A DNA stretch of 64,000 nucleotides, taken from the NCBI GenBank assembly GCA_002633005.1, contig NMRA01000600.1, forward strand, positions 172,695 to 236,694, read 5' to 3'. The DNA is from Phoronis australis (taxonomy: Eukaryota > Animalia > Phoronida). The notes beneath the pieces were generated by a model. That model was not told where the DNA came from, searched no databases, and saw nothing but the letters and a program-made list of their open reading frames with translations. Numbering within the stretch: the first letter of the stretch is position 1; every line of letters begins with the position of its first letter. This document shows, in pieces, positions 1 to 12,982 of this stretch. The position numbers and the translations under genes were made by a program.

Positions 1-212
1 AAGTTCCTGAACTGATGAGCCGGAAATGTGGGTACGGAAATAACCGATGACAGCCGGTAATTATACGCTCACAGAGAAGGGTCAAATACTGTTAAAAATC
101 GCTTTTGGCAAGAAAGGCGAAAAGAATATAAAGAAAGGGTGTCGAAAATAAGATTTTATGTAGTAAGTATTTTCGGATACTGGAACCACATGGGCAGTTT
201 GAGAGAAGGACA
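1..212 (-). mobile_element. End of an interspersed TTAA-flanked DNA element; same family as 26854-27070
   Basis: High-identity reverse complement of 26860-27070; ends at TTAA 213-216. Confidence 0.75.
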
Positions 213-978
213 TTAAGGAGGCCTCAAACCTTATTTAGTGGATTCCATTTTAACTGGTATATCATAAAACTAAAGTTTTTCAACTAGTATATACAATGTA
301 TCTTCTGAACGCAAAACAAAAAGGGAATAGGAAATTTGGTTTTGTATTGATACACCATTATTATTATTATTACGTTAACACCTTTTTAAGTCAAAATTTC
401 ATTTTTAAGAAAAGTGCATTCGTAGCAAACTAACCCTTTGCTCGATTTCAATAAAACCTTTTTAAATGAAAACTTCACGAGTTACCTCAACAAGTTTGTT
501 AAGAATTTTCAGTTGATCTTTTCGTTGGATTTCTATGACAAATCAGTTCGCAAAAGGTAATGTACCAGGTGTAGCAGTCGTATTCGTCTTTGGTATATTG
601 CGCAAGAACTAGGCCTGTATATAAAAAATCGTAAAATCGTTTTTGAGATTGATGAATGAACAATAAGTTTGGAAAGTTTCAGCGAAATCCACTGAGCCAT
701 TTTTGAGAACCCGTGTTCCGAATTCAAGTCAAGTCGATTTGCCGAAGCCGAGAGGTGAAAGCCGACAAGGTCTTCGGTTAATCATTCGGTGAAACCATTT
801 TCGGTCAATATAACCTACAGTATATACCCCTTAGCTGTGTTCATTATTTCAACATTCACGCACAATGTCAACTGAATTTGCAGTGAGCAATTAACTTAAT
901 TATCACAAAAACGTTTAATTTAATCCAAGTCGATATCGAATGCATCGAATCCAAGTTAGTCACGGGTGGAGTCAACAT

Positions 979-2461
979 AGACCTAACTCACGTGGCGGAC
1001 ATTAAAATGCAAAGCGAGGCTCACTGCGATAAACAAAGCGGAAGTTGACATTGCATGAGTTAAATGGCCGGTCTTTCGAGTCCAGCCTGGATATTAAATC
1101 TTAAAAATGTTTCGATAATTTACTGCAGGGACGTAGAAAAAAACATTAGAGAACAAGTCAAGGCACCAAAGAGTTGTCTGACGAAAGGGTATATTTTTGG
1201 AAAACTAGGTTCGAATCATAAAAAGTAAATTCTATCAAATTGCGGCGATCGTAGTTTTACGAATTAGGTGTTGTGGTGAATGCAGGGTTACATGTACTTT
1301 TCATCTTGTAAATTGTTGATAATGCTTTCTACACGAACCAGTTCATCTGCTCGTATTGTTGACGAGTTGAAAATACATTCGACGGTGGTGGCTCATCACA
1401 TTTTGCTGTTATGTGCAATTAGTCACATCTGGTTTAATTTGTTAATCAAGCATAGCCTAGGTCCAGGTGAGGTAGGGACTACCGAGACTAATAGTTGTTT
1501 GTCATTGATATGAAAGAATAATTGATGTTATTATATATATATTTTTATAAAAATATATAATCACGCTAGTAAGGAAATAAAAATTATTTGACCGTCAATT
1601 CTGCTTTCTTGGTTTTAATAATTCTTACGTCTATTTCATGTGTTAGGTTTCAAATATCGAATCTGGACCAAGTTGAATTTTAAAATTAAAACACCTAATT
1701 CGTTCGTCCAAAGCATAATCTCGTAGAAGAGATCAATTTCAGTTAACTGGACAGAGCAATTACAGTTATCATGTTTCTTCAGGGACCTCGTTATCCCAGG
1801 GGATAGGTGCCTCTGCTTCAGAGAGGGTAATTTTTTCGCCGACTGAGGGGAAAATCTACATCCTCACCAAGATCAATAGCACCCCCATCCTGTTGCAAAA
1901 TCTCATAGGCTCTATCTCAAGTAGCATTTTATGCTCTTTCAAATTGTCAACAGTGTGGTTAGGTGATTTGAATTTCGCAGAGAAATTTACAATCACTACT
2001 AGGGGAATTCTTAGGCCTCGTGGGGGGGGGGGTCTCGCGTGATTTTTGAGAGGGGAAGAGGGACTGTACTCAGCCCCAAAAATCGAGGGGTTGAGGGCCC
2101 TGTCCTTTTTGGAAAGAAAAAGCATCATGTTTCAACCCGTAGTCCTGAAAACACAGCCTGGCTGGCCGAAGTTTCTCCGGTTGTTGCTATGATGCTCGGC
2201 AAATGAGATGCGACAAAATATGATCTAAAGCTTCGAAAACATTTTTACATTTTACACGGACATATTTTCCTTCGTTGCGGCGTATGGCAACGACACAACG
2301 CTTCCGAATCTCAACGTCCTTAGGGATTGTAAAACAGACAGTTGAATGTCCGTGTTCTAGCCATTCAAGCAACGCGGAATACGACAATGCCGATAAGCCA
2401 ACAGAACTATCGTAGCGAGTCTCGTTTTGGAACGCGCCTCCTGTCGACGTGAATTAGGTCT
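979..2461. mobile_element. Internally deleted ISL2EU-like (Harbinger-related) DNA transposon
   Basis: TIR AGACCTAAYTCACGT at both ends (1 mismatch), flanked by AT/AT; THAP remnant on - near the right end; convergent remnant on + near 1130-1200 (DVEKNIREQVKAPKSCLTKGYIF). Confidence 0.65.
2187..2387 (-). pseudogene. Decayed THAP domain of a transposase
   Basis: FTIPKDVEIRKRCVVAIRRNEGK resembles the THAP pattern FPKD..R..W..AIRRDEG; the CxxHF motif is lost. Confidence 0.6.
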
Positions 2462-3338
2462 ATACATGTATTAAGTGGGCCAAGCTGGTGCAATGTGGTC
2501 CATTTTAAAGTAGGTCAATAGTTCATTGTTAGACACGCCACGCGCAGGGAAACTGATCTGAAACCTAAGGATTAAATGGGTACTGGAATTGGGTCAGTGG
2601 TTAAAGCACGTCGTGAGCATGAGATCGAAGCAGCGAAATTTCAAATTACCCGAATTAAGGAATATGGGTGAGGATTTATTTTCTGTCATAATTTTCTGGG
2701 TTCGTGAACACTTAAGTCACAGAGACGTGAAGCGACCCAATCGTTCCCCACAGCCGTATGCATGCAGGGTCAAAGCTTGCTTTCGTTTTACCAGGCATCT
2801 TTCTATCATATGAACACTTTTTGATGCAATATTATGGTTACTCGGCGAATAAAAGGACTGAACGCACCTACGGAACTGCTCTGTGCCTGGCGGTAGATTC
2901 GATTTGAGTGACAGCCCCGTAACCTTTAACCTCGGATAAGTAGTAAACAAATTTCCACGCCATTGTGCAATTCCGATGTGGTTCTGCTAAATCTTTTTTT
3001 TTTGCTGCAGAATATATATGTCGTATATGAAGTTCTCTGTTAATGAAGCTAAGGAGTTTCGCATATGCAAAACTTAAAAAATAGCCAATTTTGTGAATAA
3101 AGTCTGAGATATCCTTAACCCATCCTTTAGATAATGTCGTTAAGATGTGGACTTACTCGATAATCGAGCTAGCACGTATCTCTGGCCAACGCTAGATTTT
3201 AAAGTCTCACTCCACACGAATTAGGCCATTTCGCCATTCTCAAGCTTGAAGAAGTCTCGTAGCGGAAAGTCATCACTATTTGTCGAAAATCATTCAATCT
3301 CATTTTTTCCAGCCGTACCTTTGGAATTACCCACCACT

Positions 3339-3361
3339 ATGTCCTCACGGATTCAAGAAAG
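3339..3361 (+). CDS. Coding exon 1 of putative GT-A-fold glycosyltransferase-like type II membrane protein (MSSRIQE/S)
   Basis: ATG at 3339; donor AG|GTAAGT at 3361/3362; ends in phase 2, matching the phase-2 acceptor at 9573; an upstream acceptor (ttttttccag, 3312) suggests a further 5' UTR exon. Confidence 0.7.
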
Positions 3362-5645
3362 GTAAGTCAGAATTGCATCATTTACATTTGTGTAATTATT
3401 ATTACTATTATTTAGGCAATTTACACTGAAACTCTAACGTCCGAGACAAATAAGGTTTTAAACAGCTAAGATGAAGTAACTTAAAAGAATGAGTGATTGC
3501 CAGATTTAATTTCACTGCCAGCATCACCAGAGGCTTGGGTCGTCACGGTTGACATCTGCCATGTATTTGCTATGAGCATTGATTGTATTAAATTGTTGTT
3601 TTTTTCTCAAATTACAAGCCGCTGTTTTACAGAGAGTTGCTGAAAGCTTGGGCAAACTTTTAACAATCACTTTTGAAACCTGAGGCATGCAAATTTTACA
3701 AGATATTTTTGATTTGCAGTTGAAGTGTATTGCATTTTCGTCGTTCGCCGGGCATTGCCAAATTCGATTTGGATGCAACCCCATGTTGACAAAGAACGAA
3801 CTTGTGACCTAATTCACCAACATACATGTATAGCTTTGAAATAACTATGATATCTTAAGGCTGCATAACCTCGGGTTGTACTACAATTTGACATTACTGT
3901 AATTTTCTGGGGGATTCTCTCGAGGAGCACATGTAGGTACGGATGAGCCGCTGTGACGTCAAAATCCATACCAACGCCAGACACATGGACTTTGACAAAA
4001 AGGCGTATTAAGGGAGGCCACGGTAATTAACATGGGGGTAAAACAAGATTTAAGAATGCATGTGAGCAGATTTAGTTTGTGGTTGCGTGTGCGTTGGGGG
4101 TGGGGGGTTGGGACCACAGACCCGACTTCAAGCGTCCGATTGAGACCACCGGCACAACCGTTTTCCGTTTTTTTTTAATCCACCAAGAAAATGTGGGCAG
4201 ACGACAAACTATTCACCCGGGCCAATAGCAACGTTATGAATTCCTTTAACACGTCTTAATATATGTTGACAGACAATAAGTCACGTGAAGCGCAATTTTG
4301 TTGTTTGAAGGCCGGAAACGTAATATCGAAACAGCACAACATTCTTGAACAGATATCAGGACATAACAAGGAGAGCTACTTATACAGGGAGTACAGTATT
4401 TCACGTCGGTTTCGGTGTTTGCCCCGGTTTCTCTAAAATTTATTTTTGGGGTGACAAATTTTCACTTAAACAAACTCTTTCAATTTCCAAGTTATTAAAC
4501 TTTAAATGAAGATCATGAATACATTTTGAGGGTTTATGAAGAAGCATGAATTTTGTTTTACATGTAGTTGCATTTAAAACCAGAAATTTTCGATATAAAC
4601 GAATATAGGCCTGCTGTGCCTAAGCGATGTTAGAGTTACATGTACGTGTATGTGCCGGCAAGATAGATGTATGTAGGCGTCCACATCGAACAAGCCGGAA
4701 TCACGCATCACGTTGTCAAACCTGAATGACACGTTGAAATTATGAGTGAAGACGAAGACATGACAAAGCAGAAACACAATAACCAAACGTAGTTCCAAAT
4801 TCACTTGTAACATTTTTCAACGGCGTTGCACTACAAAGACATTTAACGGCACAAGTGAGAACCATGCATGAATAATGCGGCATAACAGGTGAACTAAAGA
4901 CAACACATGCTCACTTGACAAACCTGAGCTACAGTGTATGTTAGGAAAGCATAAAAAACGTGCTACAATAATTATAGATGTCACCAGGGTGATACAGGTT
5001 TCTCTACAATAAAACCAGAATATCTGGGACTTGCATAACGTCATCTTAAAACCTACAGGAAATTCAAAAAGATGCCAAACCTAGTTTTGGCCTACTACTT
5101 AATGTTAAAAACGAATATCCCATCCAATTCTGTGAAACAAAATAATACTATATTAACCATCTACAACCCTAAAAATTGAGGATACTTTTTAGCGAATTAC
5201 ACAGCAACTGTACCGAGGAAAAGACCAACCAGCAAAAATTACAATATTCGATATGAGACCCGGGGAGTATGAATTTTCAATGGATTCCTGCTTTTATCTT
5301 TCAAAATTGACACCTTTGATACACAAGTGGGTGATACAACGCCAATAGCAGATTTGCAGCGACGCTTTATTGAAAGTAGGTTAAAATGGTGCATTGTGGG
5401 TTCTGTGGTCAGTATTCAGAAAGCGGCCATAGTAACAAGCATAATACGCGGTATGAGCGCGAAGAAAACTTACGGCGGATACATTTGTTGTAATCTTGCC
5501 TGCTTCAAAAACAACAAGAGAGATAAAAATCTGAGTTTTTATGTGTTCCCTGCAAACCAAGAACTTCGTGAAAAATGGATAAACAACATTAGGAGAGCTG
5601 GGAGTAAGGGGAGATTTAGCGCATTCAAACCAACGTGGGGCCATC

Positions 5646-7051
5646 TAGTAGGCAACACGTAGCCCCTCGGTTGGCCATATAGGGGCTACAATATTTCCAT
5701 TCGCTTTCTGTATTCATTTTGTTACTTCAGTGTATTTTAAACGGGCCGTGACCGGATTTGGGTTACCGATTTCGAGTTTTCACCTCGTCAAAAATACATT
5801 CTACACTTAAAACTATCATTTAAAAAAACGCTTACTTTCATCATTGGTTTTTTCTACTTCAATACATATCTTTGATGAAGCTTAGTTGTGAGAATTAAGT
5901 TGACTTTGGCGAAGAATTACAACTAAACTTTTTTGGTTTCCGTTAATTTTATCACCGCGTGCGCGATAACCACAAAGCATGTCAACTAAATCACGTGAGT
6001 TAGGAAAAGGTTAGCGCGAGACTGAGCGAAGCGCGTGACGCTAGAGGGCGACACTTGTAAAATAGCATGGGAAGGTATCGGGTGAAACTTGTAAGATGTG
6101 TGTCCTTGGACTTTTTTCGTCAACATGCGTAATTTCACGTAACTTCCTCAAAATGGCACCCGGTAACTGAGACAAGCTCGAGCAAACCGCGTTCAAGTTT
6201 TGTTGACTAAATTGTATCCACAGTCGTTGTTCTGTCCCGTAGGGTCAGGGGTGTCACCAATTACAACAATTCCAGAAGTGAATTATTTATTGTAAGCTGT
6301 ATGGTGAAAACTGAAAGAAAACAATGAACAGTGTCAGTATGCTGTACCATTTACAAGGCATAAAACCGCGCGAAAGAGGAAGATAAAACAAACCCCACAC
6401 AAGACAATGACTAAGTCCAATGAAATACAGGGGAGATAATTTCTAAAGAGACCGAGCTACACCAAAGGAATATCTAGAAATATCTGGAGAACAGGTATAG
6501 CAAATACTGTAAGAATAATTCTGCGAATTCCCGAATCTAAATTAACAGCAATGAAAGTTAAATACTCTGAAACTAATAGTGAACTGCACCACAACGACGC
6601 GTCTCGCAAAATCAGTAACAAACAATGGCAGATCGAAAGGACTGCAAATAAACCTACAGTACGGAAATTACGAGAACACTAAGACAAAAACCTACAAGAA
6701 CGGAAGGGAATGTGACTAAATGACGAACTACTTACAACTATCCTCTGTAACAAGGCCAAATTCTGAGAATAACTACGTAAATAACTCCAATAAAAACTGT
6801 GCCGAGCATGCGGCGTCCAAAATGGCAATCTAAAAAGCGACATCTAACGACATACTTAAAAACTAGTCCAGGAAGGGAGAGAGAGGCAGAATGAGCCTAC
6901 GTGACACGACAGTCGTGGTTTGTGCTAATTATAACTCCGTGTTCCTATATGTATTGATTTTTATTTGCTGTATTTTGAAATGAGTAACATTTTGTGAGGA
7001 TGTACTATCACCCCTGAATGCCTGCGGCATCCAGTGCGATGTAATTGCCTA
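5646..7051 (+). mobile_element. Non-autonomous DNA element with TAGGCAA...TTGCCTA termini and 9-bp TSD
   Basis: TSD GGGGCCATC (5637-5645) / GGGACCATC (7052-7060); body homologous to the reverse complement of about 52561-52938. Confidence 0.75.
6233..6906 (-). mobile_element. Solo-LTR-like insertion nested in the 5646-7051 element
   Basis: TG...CA ends with an 11-bp inverted repeat (TGTCCCGTAGG / CCTACGTGACA); AATAAA on - near its 3' end; no clean TSD. Confidence 0.45.
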
Positions 7052-7717
7052 GGGACCATCGTGTGTGCAGCGAACATTTTCCTGGTGGAAAAAAGACGCA
7101 TGAGAACAACATTCCGACGGAGTTTCCTCTTAAAATTAACGTCTCTAGCATATCCACGGCGAAAGCTACAAAATTTTAGCAACCCAAGAACTTTCAACTT
7201 GTCTGAAACCGGAGGGGATTTCGAAATCAACGCTGATAGCCCCAATACTGAACATGACGACAGTCGTGCCCTCGGTCACACGGTCACTGATCATAGCTAC
7301 GCTGTATTTACAAACGAGAGACAGGACTTGCTTGGTATTATAAAGCAAAAAAATGAAACATGGTTCTTAGTTTGCAAATCACTCCAAATGCACACACTAT
7401 CCAGCCTCCTCAAGACATGCCTGACCACAAGCTATCCCATGAGCCTTCGCGCAGGAAGTAACTCGCACATGCGCAATGCGTAGTTCGTTTTCGCTGCAAA
7501 TCCGCTATTGGTTGAAATCATCAAGGCAGGGCTTAGTGTCCCTTTAACGCCTGTCAGATTACCTCAGACACTTCATAAATTTCTCAATAGATCTTTTTAA
7601 AATATGTTCTTCTGACACGTGACATCGACAAGTAGAAGTATCACTAGATCATCGCCATAGTGACTTCTGCGACTTGCCAATGCTCTCATTGAACGACTAC
7701 ACTGATTGAGCTGTGAT

Positions 7718-7951
7718 CAGAGGCGGATCTACAGGGGGGGTTCAGGGTGTTTAAACCCCCCTCGGGACAGGATCAAAAATAAAAACTGGAAAAAAAATCG
7801 CCAGAAAAACGAAATTAGCTACTAAAAATCCAAAAAAATCTTACACGGGAGGAGGGAAACCCTCTCGCGAACTTCCTTCTCCTCGGCGCTACGCGCCTCG
7901 GATTCTTTCGAATCCTAAACCCCCCTTACTGAAATCGTAGATCTGCCACTG
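7718..7951. mobile_element. MITE with CAGWGGCRGATCT termini
   Basis: TIR CAGAGGCGGATCTAC / GTAGATCTGCCACTG; AT on both flanks; related termini elsewhere in the window. Confidence 0.7.
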
Positions 7952-8403
7952 ATGAAAATCATCGATTGTAATATTTTCGACCGCAAGCTAGGTTAGTTCA
8001 ATTTCTGCATTATATACATGTACAAGCTGGTAACTGGCATCTCAACTATGAAGTGAGGTCAATGCCTGAGGGAACTGGGTTTAACTTAACAGCATAGCTC
8101 TCAGTTCACCGGAGGTCTATGGAGACACCTCACTTGACAGATCATGAAGGGAAATATATTAGTGACTTGGGCATTCTCACAAGGTTCGTGGGCAAATATA
8201 ACTAAGGCTAGGAACATTATGATTTAACAGGCGAGAAGTGCAATTCCCGCACCGTTTTATACGCGTGATGTAGATGTTCTTTTTTAAATAAGTGAGCAAA
8301 TAAAAATACTTTATACCACAATATTAGCCTCGAATGGCAGATACAACCGTGTAATAAACCATAAAGTTATCTCACTAGTGAGAAAACACTTTGGCGGGAA
8401 ACG

Positions 8404-8476
8404 GAGGCCGGATTAGAACCCGGGCCTCAACAGCTGCAAGTCGCCGACTCTACCACTACATCACCCAGCGGCTGAC
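8404..8476 (-). repeat. tRNA-derived (SINE-head-like) sequence with a GCA anticodon-like loop
   Basis: On -: TAGTGGTAGAG A-box-like, GACTTGCAG loop, GGTTCTAATCC B-box-like; acceptor stem poor. Confidence 0.4.
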
Positions 8477-9017
8477 ATCATCGAACGTGAAAATAGAATA
8501 CTTAGATGAGCACGCCCAACAATCGCATGTTCAGCAAAGGGCATTGCACCGACATTTATACGCTATGAAAAATAAGACGCATAATTTCCATAAAAACGAT
8601 ATTTTAATTCAGTGAAATTTTTCTCTCGTGTTCTCTTGCTTGTAAATCACCGATCTCCAATTTGAATGCAGGTGTCATGTCGCCGGGATACGTTGACTTG
8701 AGCATTATAGTCAGTTACTAGTGGTAACCTACTTTAGCAGACGATATATTCCCGGTCGAAGCTTAGCGTCATAAAATGTGTAGTAAGCTATAATAGTTGC
8801 TAAACCTTAATTTATAAATTCATTTCCCTTCAATTTTGTTTTATTTTTCAATTGGTTTTGAGTAAAAGCATCATTTTACAAAAATATCTCGGCTTTTATT
8901 AAAAGGTCACGACCTCCGACCCCGGGCCTCTGACATAGAAAGTAGTTACAAAGCCGAGGCGAGTCGAGAAAGGTAGATCGATTCATTGCAATGTTTCTCG
9001 CTCAGTATGTGTAATAA

Positions 9018-9171
9018 ATAGATTATTACATGTTCTCAATCGTTACCCCCCTTATCTAGAGCCCTCGTGGATTTTGTAGAATTATCACCCACGGGGCTGA
9101 CGCCCCTCGGGCGATAATCCACTCGGGCTATAGATAACGGAGGATAACGACTTCGCCATGTAATAATCTAT
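9018..9171. mobile_element. Palindromic MITE
   Basis: Perfect 15-bp terminal IR ATAGATTATTACATG / CATGTAATAATCTAT, with further imperfect internal pairing. Confidence 0.75.
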
Positions 9172-9572
9172 ATGTATCACGATCTCAAAATTGGCATTCA
9201 TACATGTATTTCTCAAAAGGAACGTCAGCAAGGAAGACAGAAAAAATTACTGGCCACGTGATCAGCTAAGCGTTGAATAGTTTTCCCGCACGACCTAAAA
9301 GACATCCATAATCTTTAGAAATGTGGGTTGTCCTCGTCTTCTCAATGTACAGCTTCTGTCTAACAGCGAAGATCGTCTGCGCAAAATGACATTCGTTTTA
9401 AAGAATGAATAAAATATTTCACCAAATGAATTTAAGTTTATTTCCGGATAATAGGCACATTTTTTCTTCATATTTAGATATAGTTTGGTTGAACATGACT
9501 AGCTATAAATAACTTAATGACCTTCCTGTGCCCAGCCCTGTTGTCTAATCGTGATGTTTATTTTCATTTCAG

Positions 9573-9938
9573 TAAACTTCAGTGGCCAATTTTGATAGTT
9601 GCGAGCGTGTTCGTCCTTGGCATGTGCTGCCAGTATGGATATATTTTAAGTGAGGATAAGGGTTTAGTCAATGCCGTACAGGCACATATAGTCTCAAGGG
9701 ACAGCATTGCACATGAAAACTGGACATCATCCAGACCACGTTTTCACGTACAGCACAGGACATCAAAACCGTCCACTGCGCATGTCACCTTTGTGTACCT
9801 CACACAGACCGCTGAATGTTTATCATCATACCACCTCAGAGCTGACATGATGGGCAGTCCCCAAGATTGTCGCTGTGTCGTGGTCGTCTTATCGTACACA
9901 ACACCGTGTACACAGAATCCGTCGTTTTCACACGTCCG
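9573..9938 (+). CDS. Coding exon 2 (TM anchor WPILIVASVFVLGMCC, stem, FVYLTQTAECL...CRCVVVVLSY)
   Basis: Branch-like ctaat, polypyrimidine tract and AG at 9571-9572; donor CG|GTAGGT at 9938/9939; open frame within ORF 9517-9942; phase 2 at both ends. Confidence 0.85.
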
Positions 9939-11520
9939 GTAGGTTGCAGTTCGGTGACAGTGGTCATTTAGCCAACACGTTAGAAGTGAATTTGTTATGC
10001 AAGAGAAGACAATTGTCCTGCTGCAGTGACGGCCCCCCAAAAACTCCCCAGATACCCTTTGGCAAAATCTTGGCTAATATTCTGCCCTGCCCCCCCACCT
10101 AACTGAAAATCTTGGACCCGACCCTGGGAAATCGGTCGACGGAACGTCAGGAGATGGCTGTTGACGTCGGCTGTTTGGCAGCTCATTGCAATCTAAATGA
10201 CACCAGGCAGTAGTGGGCCTTTACTAGAAGACACTAGCGCCTCGAAGTCCAACGAATAGTCGGAGGTGTTTCCAGTGGTGCACCATTTGCAGATTTTTGT
10301 TGCCATAACCCGGCTGACGTAATGCCTGGTTAGACTGCACGCGAGTACCTGGTGATGCGATTACATTTGCGTTCAACTGGATCGACCCAATTTTTGTTGC
10401 AGTGTCCACGCGGTTGCAACGAGAGCAATTTTGCGAGACTGAAACTTTAAATGGAACATGCTTCATTTCTGCGACATCGTGTCGCCTATTCGCGTTGACT
10501 CAGCACGTCGCACAAATTTTGATTCGACCTAGAAAATTCGTTTACTCCCTTTCAAAGTCGACGCCATTCCCATTCGTTTAGAAAAACGAATGAAGATATT
10601 GCATGACATACCACGTGTCAATTATGAGCACATTTGCTTAAAACTGAGAGTGCAATGGTCAAATAGTTAACTGTAAGGACGACAGGGGAGGACCATAGTA
10701 TGCACTTGATCTTCATATGTTACGCACAATCATTATATGACAAAACAAAAACTGAAATTTACATTCCTTTAGTACGTAGTGCTTGTCACAATTTTGACAT
10801 AACATAACAAACATTTGGCGGTTCACTACGTACATGAATAATGAAATTCATCGTTTGTACATCGAGTATATTTGTCGGCTATTGGTTACTGTAAGCATTT
10901 AATCGTTCCGCCTGAACTTGGCTGCCCATTCGCGCGACAGTGCAACGCAAATTTCGTGCGCTTGAATGTAGTCTGGACTTGCTATACTCAAATCGCCCAC
11001 AGATAGCCGCCAGGCCACATCAATTCCATCACCATCCTGAGTGTATCCTCAGTGTATGAGCGGGTACGCTAAAATTGGCGTTGTGTCGAGTTTGTCAATC
11101 CCAGAATCATGCACCTTTCTTAATATTACCTCATGAATATTAAGTTGAAATCCAAAGCGAGGCTAACGCTGTTAAACTGCCCCCTGTTGACAGTCACTCA
11201 GCCTGGGCCCGATCTCCAATCTCCGTACTCAGACTCGAACCATGCTCAAACTCACACTTCATACTCAACTCGAGTACAGACTCAGCTTTGGTGTATTCAA
11301 TGTCATACTCGAAAAATCTGTACTCGAAATTTCGAGCACGTACTCAGTTTTCGAGTGTACTCCAACTGAAGTGTATCTCATCCATATTTCGAGTACGATT
11401 TTGAGTAAAAATTCGGAGTCTATGCTCTAATTTCAAGTTTGGTATGGCAGTGTGCTTGAAATCATACTCGAAAATAAATACGAGCCAGAGAACAAAATAT
11501 CGAAAGGGAACCAAGAAACN

Positions 11521-12982
11521 TGCAGTGACGGCCCCAAAAAACTCCCCAGATACCCTTTGGCAAAATCTTGGCTAATATTCTGCCCTGCTCCCCACCTAAC
11601 TGAACATCTTGGACCCGCTTTCTGGGAAATCGGTCGACGGAACGTCAGGGGATGGCTGTTGACGTCGGCTGTTTGGCAACTCATTGCAATCTAAATGACA
11701 CCAGGTAGTAGTGTGCCTTTACTAGAAGACACTAGCGCCTCGAGGTCCAACGACTGAATAGTCGGAGGTGTTTCCAGTGGTGCACCTTTTGCAGATTTTC
11801 GTCGCCATAACCCGGCTGACGTAATGCCTGGTTAGACTGCACGCGAGCACCTGGTGATGCGATTACATTTGCGTTCAACTGGATTGACCTAATTTTTGTT
11901 GCAGTGTCCACGCGGTTGCAACGAGAGCAATTTTGCGAGACTGAAACTTACAATGGAACATGCTTCATTTCTGCGACATCGTGTCGCCTATTCGTGTTGA
12001 CTCAGCACGTCGCACAAATTTTGATTCGACCTAGAATATTCGTTTACTCCCTTTCAAAGTCGACGCCATTCCCATTCGTTTAGAAAAACGAATGAAGATA
12101 TTGCATGACATACCACCTGTCAATTATGAGCACATTTGCTTAAAACTGAGAGTGCAATGGTCAAATAGTTAACTGTAAGGACGACAGGGGAGGACCATAG
12201 TATGCACTTGATCTTCATATGTTACGTACAATCATTATATGACATAACAAAAACTGAAATTTACATTCCTTTAGTACGTAGTGCTTGTCACAATTTTGAT
12301 GTAACATAACAAACATTTGGCGGTTCACTACGTACATGAATAATGAAATTCATCGTTTGTACATCGAGTATACTTGTCGGCTATTGGTTACTGTAAGCAT
12401 TTAACCGTTCCGCCTGAACTTGGCTGCCCATTCGCGCGACAGTGCAACGCAAATTTCGTCCGCTTGAATGTAGTCTGGACTTGCTATACTCAAATCGCCC
12501 GCAGATAGCCGCCAGGCCACACCAATTCCATCACCATCCTGAGTGTATCCTCAGTGTATCAGCGGGTACGCTAAAACTGGCGTTGTGTCGAGTTTGTCAA
12601 TCCCAGAATCATGCACCTTTCTTAATATTACCTCATGAATATTAAGATGAAATCCAAAGCGAGGCTAACGCTGTTAAACTGCCCCCTGTTGACAGTCACT
12701 CAGCCTGGTCTCTGCTGGCTGATCATCACCTTACACTTGTTCCGAACATACAGTACATGTAACCTTTTGCTTGCTGAAATCTTATAAAAAACTTCACAGT
12801 CATCAAGAATCTTTTGTCCAAAGGGTACAAGTACTCCAGTGAAAGTTACATAACTTCATTAAGAAGTACTAAACACTTTTACAGGCTGCATAAACATTCT
12901 TCACTTATTGTTGAGCTGTCAGCTGATTAGGCATACAGTAGTAACATTACCCAGTCTACGTCATTGGGTTTGTCATTTCGCA
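11521..12982 (+). repeat. Near-identical second copy (probable alternate haplotype) of 10021-11205 and 13277-13550
   Basis: Colinear with scattered SNPs and indels; lies between single Ns at 11520 and 13253. Confidence 0.9.

Larger units (their letters stand above)
5453..7340 (+). pseudogene. THAP-domain transposon gene interrupted by a 1.4-kb insertion
   Basis: Removing 5646-7060 restores CCNLAC...SFYVFP...REKWINNIRR...FKPTWGH-RVCSEHFPGG...IPTEFP; a DHSY (HCF-1-binding-like) motif follows in a shifted frame. Confidence 0.8.

Noticed and set aside
8404-8476. Functional tRNA-Cys gene
   Set aside because: The acceptor and D stems do not pair convincingly; it is better treated as a tRNA-derived repeat.
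9517-9572. ATG 9517 as the start of the GT-like gene
   Set aside because: This segment contains a branch site, pyrimidine tract and AG; the phase-compatible exon at 3339-3361 explains the N-terminus better.
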